A stretch of 11,288 bases of DNA, taken from NCBI GenBank assembly GCA_043228905.1, contig JBHGNT010001171.1:1-11288 (forward strand). Direction: 5' to 3'. The translations under genes and the position numbers were made by a program. This document shows positions 1 through 9,355 of this stretch, piece by piece; position 1 is the stretch's first letter, and each line of letters begins with the position of its first letter. The notes beneath the pieces were generated by a model, which made no database searches, was not told where the DNA came from, and saw only the letters and a program-made list of their open reading frames with translations. The stretch comes from Azolla caroliniana (lineage: Eukaryota > Plantae > Polypodiophyta).

Positions 1-1361
1 AGTACTTGACATCTAAAAATAGATGTCCAAAATTCATTTCATTGAAATGAAGAATAGAATGTGTAAATAGTATGTCCTAGAACATGTCATCATTCCAATA
101 TGTAAGTTCTCCTCTCTTTTTTCTTATGTTGGCAATGGAAACTAAGAGTGTTCCCCTACTCACATATAAAAATTTATGAATCAAGCTATGGTTTGTAATA
201 ACATTGCATACATTGTTAACATCAAGCAATTAATTTTGTTGGTAACCTTATTAGTTTCGGTACATGGATAACTACATGATCTATGGTGTTCTAATATGTA
301 TAGGTTTTTTCGAGTGTTATTTTTTCTGTTTTATTTTCTAGGGGGTGTAATCGATCCAAATGTGTGGTGTACGTAGGTGTCTGTGTGTTTGGCATGCACA
401 TTAGAAAGCTTATCTGTGTAGAATCTCCTCCAATTACTTCTAACAAAAATACGATCATTTTATGATGGAGTGAGAGCTCATGCAATCCATCATGTTGATG
501 GGTATCTTAGAGACATTCATTGCTAGACATGGAGTTGGATTCTCACTACACCTAATAAAGGATTCATGGGAGTATTGTTATATACCACTCCTCTTGCTAT
601 CTATGTATCTATTCTTGTTGGAGGGCAGTGTACACATAGTTGTTTATCATATTGGGTCCATACCTTATTAGTAACATTTTCTATCAATTTGTAGTCTCAG
701 GTTCAAGTTCCACGATGTCCCACGATGTACTAGATACACATCGTCAAACTTTTGGTGTCCCTTGAACAACCTTACTAGTTTATCTTGTTCTCTCCCTATC
801 TTTGTAGAGTCTCTCATACATGGTGGTGAGATATCGGAAAGATTCACCTTGTTTTATCTATTTGTATAACTATATACACACAATCTTTGAAACAATACAT
901 ATGGGCATTGATAAGATCATTGAACAATTTTTTATACATATATGGGATGAATAAGAAATTTATTTTATGTCGTTTTTTTATTGCACAAACCATCTCCAAA
1001 ATGTGAAGATTTAAAGTCAAACCTTTAAAAAAAATGTCCAATCAATAAAGGTTAGAAAGCTTTTAGGGAAGAAAGCATCGTGTGTAAAGTTGCATCTTAA
1101 GAGTATTCATTTATTCCTTTCATTATTTCTTTAATTACAGAAAATTAGAATATGTATTTGTTCCAATACGATAAACTTGTCAAAGTTGATTTTCCCAAAT
1201 GTTACTCAAAATGCTTTCATAGAATCTACACAAGCGTGGATGCACTCAAAAGATGCGCTTCCTTGTGGAGGGTATTATAGTTATGTATCATTTATTCGTA
1301 AACATATCAACAACACTCGGTCAGTTTATGTTCCTTCTTGTACTTTGTTGTGATAGTGAGA

Positions 1362-1388
1362 TCTTCTCTCTCTCTTTCTCTCTCTCTT
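1362..1388. repeat. Imperfect (TC)n tract
   Basis: TCTTCTCTCTCTCTTTCTCTCTCTCTT read directly. Confidence 0.75.
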
Positions 1389-4300
1389 CGATCAAGGGTG
1401 TCGAAATGTTGTCAGCAAATGCATGTTACTGTACTAATCACAAAGACATAATCTGGCACTTTGTAGTTCACATGTTTTATAATGTGGCTTGTGCATAATG
1501 CGCTGACATGTTTCAAGCACCATAAAAAAACTGTAAACACCACATAGCATGAATTTATCCTTAGTCAAACTTTTATGTTTAGATTCCTATAAATAACTTA
1601 ATAAGTATCCCTTCCATGTGTATCCATAAAATTGAACAAGAATGCTCTTTAAATAGGTATCCCATCACATGTCTCCAATCTAATGTTTATAAATGCAATC
1701 ACAATGAGAAATTGGCTATCAATTATTATTATTATTTTCCTAGTTTGTGTGTGATGACTTGTTTACATGTTCTGTGGAGCATCATTTATGACCCTTTTAA
1801 TCTTTGTACATGTTCAAATAACCTCCTTTTCAATTCAATGTTTATCTTTTATTTATACGTGCAAGATTGTCGTTATCCACTTGTATGTTTGCTAATGGTC
1901 TACATAAGCAAAGTTGGAAAATGGGATATGTTCCAAGAGATCAATTGTCTGTGGCACATACATTCACACGATCACTCTTCTAGAACATTGATATGTAATT
2001 CTTATTTTGTTGATGGAGACTTGTTATTTTTTAGCTAATTTCTAGTGTAAAATTTGACTAGGGTAATAACTGTATAATGGGCATTGCATCATCAATCATT
2101 TACAAAACATATGTTTCTCACATTCAACACTTTTCTTAACATTAGTAAAGGTGTGAAAAATTAAAAGCCTCACAATGTTAGAAACTTCTATTATGTTTAG
2201 ACGTGTGTCACAATAAGTAATGAAATGAATCATTGAACTCAAAAAGCCTTTTTCGCCATTATTTGTATACCTTATTTACTCATAGAGAGATAGAGATGAG
2301 ACTTCAATTCTAGCGAAGACAAATCACTTTCATTGTCGTATTTGTGATAAGATATGGCTCGTGAGTGTGAAGAGGCTGGCCACAATTTATTCACCCTTAT
2401 AAAGAGGGCTTCACCTATCAACAAGCCTAGGAATTCATGAAGTCGAATGATTACCATTTAAGTTGAATACCACACGCACATTCTATCACTTACAATGAAA
2501 AGTATGAAAGTTTCAATGCATTTGTTTGGTATACAAACATATGTGGTACATGTTTGGTACTTTGTACCTTAACACATGTTCTAACTAATATTGGAGGTTT
2601 TGGTAATGAGTCAAGACCGGTGGAATCCAAATATCATATCATTAGGTTATGTATAAGCAAAACCTAAATACCGATAGAGTATTTTATAAATGTAAATTGA
2701 TCTATGAAGTAGAACATAGAAACCTACAAAGTAAAGCTAGGAAAGTAGACATGAAAAAGGCAGGCGAACTTTGAGCAAACGTTTTCAACAACGTGGGCAA
2801 ATATATAATTATAAGTTATAACAGAGAAAGTAGAGATAATGTGCATAAATAACATGATGAAAATGAGAAATAACATGAAAATTTTGAAAATTCCCAAACA
2901 GTTGTCCAACATGATGATGACTTTATAGGAATGATAGTACTAGGATTAACCTCTCTCATAACCTTAATTTCTAGGGCACACAAGATGAGACGCATCCACA
3001 ATCACTCATCTAAGCACTTTAAGTTAAATTGAACCACACCCTTGCTCTTGTATAAATATATTGATAAATTTACCATGATTTTAGCTATAACGTAAATATA
3101 GTTGACAACTACAACACGAATCCCTCAAAGTGAAGAGATAATGGACACAAATATCACGGTAAACTTTACAATTATTAAAATGTTATTGGTTGTTTAAATT
3201 CAACGTGCAAGGTACCACCTTTTGCGATATAAATATACAATCATTTAGTTCAAAGAAACATTTCGGATCGGAAAAAACGACAAATCTAAGATCCACTTTT
3301 ACAAATTTTTACTTTACAAGGGGATGGTACACAAACAAAAAAGAAAAAAGTTGGTTTCAAGATGAGTTTCACTTTACTAGAAGGCCCCCCTCCCCACACC
3401 TTGCATATACGACAAAATCTTCTGAAGTTCGGAGGGTTGGACGAGCATGAAGTTCAAGGAAGGACAATGATTACATCAACGTCTAATGCTACCATGCAGT
3501 TAAGAGGGCAAATTAACGAACATGGATGTTGGTGGTGGTGGGGTAGGATGGCATTTGGGGGGGCTTGCGGGGCTAGTTTAGAGCGAGCAAAGGCGAGCTG
3601 AACGTGTCTCATCTCAAGCAAGGTATCCAAAATGATAGTATAGGGCGAAAAACCGACACAATCCAGAAGGTTGAGAAACAAGGATGATTACCAATGTCGA
3701 TCTATTGTAGTCTGTGTGTGCTTGTGTGTGTATGAATTTCACCACTCAATTTGGAGCGGGAGGGTACGGTGAAGGGATAGTAAATGATTGTCTGAGTGCA
3801 ATAAGAACAAAAAAAACATAACCATTTTCAGAAGGAGTTAGGGATTAAAAATAGAAGGCTTATGCAAAGTCATTGCAAAGGTCTTGGGATAGAAAGAAAG
3901 AAAGAAAAAAGCCATAATAATAATCATAATATAATAATATTATTAGGGTTATTATTATTAAAGTGGGGGTTAAATAATTTATGAATGATGTAGAGGGTGA
4001 TGTAATAAATAATAAATACAAATACAACTCGTAATAGGAAAAAAAAACGGCACTTTCACACGCGTTCGAGAACTCGCTGCCAGCTGGCATGGGCCCCATT
4101 CCTAGCCACAATAATTCTTTTATTACTATTATTAATTAATTTGGACAATAAGTAATAATATATGTAAATATGTATACATATTGGCCTGTTTTAAATTTTG
4201 GAAGCATCGCTGAGATCAGCAAGGCAAAGTGTAAAATTTCTTCGTCAATTAATTTAATCAAATTTGAGTAAAGAAACCTACATTTGTAGGCCCCCTGATT

Positions 4301-4450
4301 TTAACAATTACGTTTTTGGACTTATGTCCACCTTATATTTCTTTATTTATTGTTACTATAATTATAGCTTGCCTTTCCACGTTTCTCCCCTTCTCTTTTC
4401 TTCAATTGAAAGTAGATTCCTCCTCCCCCAAAACGTTTTATTTTACTGCC

Positions 4451-4452
<2 letters not shown>

Positions 4453-4504
<52 letters not shown>
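4453..4504. repeat. (CA)26 microsatellite
   Basis: Perfect dinucleotide run read directly. Confidence 0.98.
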
Positions 4505-4508
<4 letters not shown>

Positions 4509-4553
4509 CTCTTCTCTCCCTCGAATAAACGAAGAAGCTATACGATGCATATA

Positions 4554-4598
4554 TTGTTGTTGTTGTTGTTGTGTGTTTGTGTGTGTGTGTGTGTGTGT
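4554..4598. repeat. Compound (TTG)6 / (GT)n microsatellite
   Basis: (TTG)6 at 4554-4571, a short interrupted TG stretch, then (GT)10 at 4579-4598. Confidence 0.95.
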
Positions 4599-4656
4599 CT
4601 CGTAAGGCCACATTCGACACAACTTCTCTTTAGAGACACTAATATACGACTTTCTT

Positions 4657-4674
4657 CTCTCTCTCTCTCTCTCT
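4657..4674. repeat. (CT)9 microsatellite
   Basis: Perfect run read directly. Confidence 0.95.
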
Positions 4675-4842
4675 AGCAATAGCTTCTCGCCCACACACAT
4701 ATCTAACCAATGCTTACCCTTCACATGCTTAACTTAAACACACCCATGCCTACACTTTTCTTCGTTCTTTTCATCCTACGTCTCTTCAGAAGGTCATGCA
4801 TACCTCACACTCATTTATGCATGTTCCATGTGTGCATTTGTA

Positions 4843-4859
4843 TGTGTGTGTGTGTGTGT

Positions 4860-4892
<33 letters not shown>
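4843..4892. repeat. Compound (TG)10(TC)15 microsatellite
   Basis: (TG)10 at 4843-4862 abuts (TC)15 at 4863-4892. Confidence 0.97.
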
Positions 4893-4895
<3 letters not shown>

Positions 4896-5044
4896 ATTAC
4901 CACATGATTTTGTGTTGAATACTGGGGTTGAGCTCATAACCTTCGGTCGCCATTGTGTGTCCTCTACCAACAATTATGCTACACCCAAATACGTCATCTC
5001 CTTCCCTCTTTGTGTTTTGTTCAATTTGATTAAAGTTTCCTTAT

Positions 5045-5074
5045 CCCCACCCCCCACCCCCCCCCCCAAAAAAA
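5045..5074. repeat. Interrupted poly-C tract followed by A7
   Basis: C4-A-C6-A-C11 followed by A7. Confidence 0.9.
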
Positions 5075-7656
5075 GTGATAACATCAGTCAATTAGTTGAC
5101 CCTTGAGCCATGCAACGCACACCTTATCGTAATCTAACATAAAACACATACCCCAACACAGTGCACACAAAGTGATTCCCAAAGCTTGAATCCAGAGTGC
5201 ACCTACTACGTCCCTAGTCTATAAAATAAAGAGAGTGATTGTTGAAAGTAAATAAAAATGATCTAAAATTAAGAAGTCATCCCATTGATTTCAAATGTGT
5301 CATGATAGCCCTCCAAGTAAAAATTGAAGTTAGGAAGTTTCCAATCAATCCAACCATTGCACTTGTATGCTTTGAATCAAGAGAATATTTCTAGATGGTA
5401 ATTTCTCTGATTGTTTGTTTTGTGCGAATAAATGTAAGAAGAAAATGCGATCATTACCACCCGTGCACTATTTTAGTGGAAAATACACGAATAGTTGCTA
5501 ATGAAATAAGGTAAGTTTAAGCAATCGTCATTAAAATTTACTTATTAGGGACTAATTTTGAAAATATTTGGAATTGCAAAGCCTATGTTTTAAAAACAAC
5601 TTATGAGTCATATCTAGCCTACTCTAGAAGACTTCAACTTGTCAATCACGGGGTTTAGAATCCAATTGCAAAACATTCTAACTTCCACTATCATTAAATT
5701 CATAATAATGTTTCAAGTAGCTCGAGACTATTTTAAAATAATGAAAAGCTATATGTTTCCTCACTTATTTAACAAGGCCACACCATCCCATCATGTTCAC
5801 AATATGTATGTAGAAGTGTTAAGCTAACCTATTCTTCTTGAACTTTGCATAAAAGCATATCGAAGAATCTTAGGCACTATTCCAAAATAAGGACAAATTT
5901 GTTACAACTATATTTTCATTATAGAGTTCTAATAAGATCTCTCAAATTACCTTGAAATAGTAAATCAAATTATCTTGAAAGTGGAACCATGGAACATTAA
6001 AAATTAAGTCATAAGAAAAAACCTCAAAGGCAATGAAACAAAAAACGTCGTTGACTAAATTCAAATTAGACTTAATCTCATTATCCTACTTGTACACGAA
6101 AAAGTTGGTAATTGATAATTGAGGTGTATTAAACTTAAGGTTAAGGTTGGTGACTCCAAGTTTACATCAATACATACTACAAAATACATTAGATTTTTAT
6201 GATGTATTCCACAGTTGATTCCTTAGACTCGCAACAATATTGAACAAGTGAACTTGAAAGCCCATATACACATTTGTTATGCAAGACTTGTACCAATCTC
6301 AAGACTTAGAATCACATGTCCTTGGGATACGGGTAACTGAGTTTACTAGGGAAATGAGTTACATCAACAGATTTGGGTCAACCCACTTGTGTTGCCACCA
6401 CACTACTATGATCGCATCACTCGCTTGCTACATGAATTCTCTTTAGTTGCTAGAAATTTCTACGTAGTGAATTATGTCACAAATCATAGTTACGGTTGTA
6501 TTCCCATGACAATAATAAGGAAGGGGTAATATCAAGAAATAGCCTTCATATGGTGCGGGGTATAATGTCAACTCTACCCCTTCATAGGTTTAGAACTAAC
6601 AAAACAAAATACCCCACGTATAAAAATAAGAGTTAAAATATTGATTTTTCGCTTTTACCAAAATATTGAAAGGTTTACTTATTAATTGTCCCCTCTCGCT
6701 AAAAAGTAAGAATTTAAATATTAATATTTCGGGAAATTCGTCAAAGTGCCATTGTTTTAGCAAGTTCTAGGCATTGTTTCTGCACGTTAAAGAGTTGTGT
6801 CATGGATTTTAAAGCAAATGCACCTTTTAGCTGTCGATATTTTGCTATCTCTTGCTAAACAATGTGCCACTAATAAGTGGACATCAACTTAGCAAAGAAC
6901 CTAAAATGATTTGGCTTAATTAAGGAATATGCCATTAATGTGGATCATGAAGACAAAACCAATCAATTGATCTAAACCATTTAAGCATTGGATCAAAATC
7001 CACTAATTACTTTACAAATCTTAATTTGCTATTGTTGATCCATTGAGGCATTTTGTTTCAATAATCAATTGTATGTCGAATAGAAAGACCAACAATTTTT
7101 GTTGAATGCAAAAGAATGTGTGGCACTATAAAAAAGATGCACTTTTATCGAATCTTTCTATATTTGATTAAAATTCTAAAAGCATGCTTCATTGTATATG
7201 AATTAAAATGAAACTAATAACATAATCACATAATTACGAAACTAATCACATAATTTAAAATGAAGCTTAGCAATCCTATATTATTTATCGCTATGCATTA
7301 TGCATCAACATGTTGGTGGGACAATTTGTTAGAATAATAATAATTTTTTGTTTGATTACAATTAATTAGCAACTACTTTTGTTCCTATTTCCACGTCCCT
7401 TACATCATCGTTGCATAATAATTACATGTTTCTAATGTGAATCTTAGTGAAAAAAGGATTACTTAGTTTTTACATTTTGGATGATGTACCCCAAATGTAG
7501 CTCTACAATTTAGCATCATTCTTCCATTGCCACACATATTTTCATCCATTGCCATCAATATGTACAATCCATGTTATGCTTTCGACTATGCAAAACACCT
7601 CGAGGATATGAGAACCCATTGAGGTAGATAAAAGACAATCTCACTCATTGCATTGG

Positions 7657-7857
7657 TGTCAGAACCAAGAGAAAAGATAGAGTGTAAAGAGATCACAACA
7701 AGAGAAGAATGAAGTGATAAGAGAAGAATGAATGTATTAATAAGATAGAATGAAGATGGATACAAGATAGGCGACGAAAGCTTAAGACTGGTGTTGATTC
7801 GAATTGGTTTGAGAAGAATTATATGTTTATATTTATAGGTTCCTATAACCCAGTGAT
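7657..7857 (-). mobile_element. Probable 3' portion (TATA-R-U5) of an unrelated LTR in antisense orientation, interrupted by the copia insertion
   Basis: The minus strand reads CCTATAAATA (plus 7830-7839), then a pyrimidine-rich tract with duplicated TTCATTCTTCTCTT (plus 7700-7713, 7719-7732), and ends in ...CTTGGTTCTGACA (7657). This is the usual layout of a plant LTR 3' half. No PBS follows it on the minus strand. Confidence 0.55.
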
Positions 7858-8269
7858 TGTTAAGCGGCAAGCTCAACCGGATCTGGATCGGCTGAATAAG
7901 CCAGAGCCGGATTGGCATCTAGAAGGAAGAGCCAGATCGGTGAGCCGGTGAGCAAGTGAGCCGGTTAGCTGGATCAAGCAGTAACCGGAAGCCAAGTAGC
8001 AGCTAGTCTACTAGGGAGTTAATATCTCGTAGTTAGTGTCAGATACTCGTGTGAGCATTGAAGTACACCGTACTTCTGTCAGTTCGGATGGACTTGTATA
8101 AAAGTGTTCACTGAACACATACGATGTACAGACTGAGTAATATTTTTTGAATTGAGTTTCTGTGTGCTCTTTCTCTGTCTCTGTCTCTCCCGTGTACTGT
8201 TAAGCTCTCCATTAAACCTGTTTTCTGCTTTTTGTTTTCTATTGCTTCCGCACGCTATTTGTTTCTACA
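7858..8269 (+). repeat. 5' LTR of the copia element (~412 bp, TG...CA)
   Basis: The 3' end is fixed by TTTCTACA (CA at 8268-8269) immediately before the PBS. The 5' end is inferred at TGTTAAGCGG (7858), where composition switches to CCGG-rich U3-like sequence. It contains TATAAAAG (8097-8104), a CT-rich tract and ATTAAA (8211-8216). The 5' boundary cannot be confirmed without the 3' LTR. Predicted TSD is GTGAT (7853-7857). Confidence 0.8.
8097..8104 (+). promoter_or_regulatory. TATA box of the LTR promoter
   Basis: TATAAAAG lies ~170 bp upstream of the LTR 3' end, a typical U3 position. Confidence 0.6.
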
Positions 8270-8281
8270 TGGTATCAGAGC
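8270..8281 (+). other. Primer-binding site complementary to the 3' end of initiator tRNA-Met
   Basis: Exact TGGTATCAGAGC directly after the LTR-terminal CA. This is the canonical plant LTR-retrotransposon PBS. Confidence 0.95.
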
Positions 8282-8361
8282 GCGAGGGTTGAGAACCTCT
8301 GCAGCCGACATTCGCTTTCGCAAGAAGAAAACCTAACCTTTGTAAAGAACAAAAAAAACAA

Positions 8362-8988
8362 ATGGATAGAGGAATGACTAGCTCGCTTCCGGTGGAGAAG
8401 CTCGACAGATCCAACTACGCATCTTGGTCATACAAGATGCACCAGTACCTGCTTGGGCATGGTTACTGGAGCTATGTCGACGGAGCTAACGACACAACAC
8501 CTGATGCGGCACACAAGGACTTCCCGGTGTGGGAACAATCGGCAAGCAGAGTGATGTACTGCTTTGCGTCCAATGTCAGAGACCAATTGTTGAGCCACGT
8601 CCGAGATGCCAAGACGCCGAAAGAGGCTTGGGGAAACCTGAAGAAGGTGTTCGCCGCAAGCACTATAGCCCGGAAGTTGCAACTCCGACATGAGTTAAGC
8701 AATGTCCGGCAGAAGGACATGTCGGTGGCTGATTACATGGCCTGAATCAAAGAGATCTGTGACTCGCTTGCCTCTATCAACGTCACAGTAGAGGAACATG
8801 AGATGGTACAGGTCTGTCTTGGGGGTCTAACGTCTAAGTTCCGAGTGTTCCGGATAGTAATATGTACAAGGGTGAATACACCGTCATTTTTCGACTTACA
8901 GTCGATGCTCCTTGTAGAGGAGAACCACGCCGGTGCGTCAACAAGTGCACCCACCGACAACCGGATGCTGTGCATGGAGGCGGATCGG
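8362..8988 (+). pseudogene. gag: gag (copia-type; DUF4219-like N-terminus plus UBN2/Retrotran_gag-like capsid region), disrupted
   Basis: ATG at 8362 in an A-rich context (AAAACAAATGG). Motifs KLDRSNYASWSYKMHQYL...W, AKTPKEAWGNLKKVF, RKLQLRHEL, MSVADY, then TGA at 8743-8745. The same frame continues IKEICDSLASINVTVEEHEMVQVCLGGL...SFFDLQSMLLVEE. No CCHC knuckle follows. Confidence 0.9.
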
Positions 8989-9001
8989 CACGCAATGGAG
9001 G

Positions 9002-9355
9002 AAGCACGAGGCAAATTCGATGAAGAAGACCACTTCCAAATTGGAGGAAGTGTGGTACTTTGATTTCGGTGCATCAAATCACATGACGAACCACAAAGAG
9101 TGGTTCTCCTTCTTGGAGAAACCGGAACAACCGGGAGTTGTCAAAACTGGAGACGACACTCCTCACCCAATCGTGCATATCAGTGAAGTACCTTTGAGCC
9201 ACGTCGGACAAAGGGGGAAGCTGATGAACGTATTACACGTTCCGACTATCACGAAGAACCTGGTGTCGGTCGGACAAATCGTCGACCAGGGAATGCATGT
9301 GTGGTTTAAGCACCTCGGGTGCTTCATCGAGGAGGAGGGCCAAATTATTGCGTAA
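9002..9355 (+). pseudogene. pol: pol: aspartic protease domain, disrupted
   Basis: Frame 2 reads EVWYFDFGASNHMT, matching the copia W-x-x-DSGAS-x-HM motif, with catalytic Asp at 9062 and S>F at 9065. It also reads NVLHVPTITKNLVSVGQI and F-x3-GCFI. TAA at 9353-9355. Confidence 0.92.

Noticed and set aside
2296-2466. Protein-like reading MRLQF*RRQITFIVVFVIRYGS*V*RGWPQFIHPYKEGFTYQQA*EFMK, and HFHCRICDK in another frame (zinc-finger-like)
   Set aside because: Four internal stops in ~57 codons is about chance level, no family is recognised and the C2H2 histidines are missing. A tBLASTx/HMM search would be needed to revive it.
3383-3572. C-rich tract (3383-3400) and G-rich tract (3531-3572) as arms of a miRNA-like hairpin
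   Set aside because: The intervening sequence is not complementary and I recognise no conserved plant miRNA here.
3943-3951. Isolated TTAGGGTTT telomere-like word
   Set aside because: It is a single unit in AT-rich DNA with no array.
291-5827. Short ORFs (60-140 aa) in the AT-rich left part, including those across the microsatellites
   Set aside because: They have no recognisable motifs and show low-complexity F/L/I/Y/C or HT/CV/SL repeat translations, as expected by chance in AT-rich and SSR DNA.
7203-7263. Local duplications GAAACTAAT(A/C)ACATAAT and TAATCACATAATT; similar micro-duplications at 710-728 and 7523-7554
   Set aside because: These look like ordinary slippage-type micro-duplications. 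They have no spacer structure, so they are not CRISPR-like or a satellite.
9058-9064. CTT-TGA at the end of the gag frame, resembling a prfB-type +1 shifty stop that would enter pol at the catalytic Asp
   Set aside because: The conserved protease residues upstream (EVWY) are already in frame 2, so the frame change must occur earlier, near 8990-9002. Plant copia elements normally encode gag-pol as one ORF.
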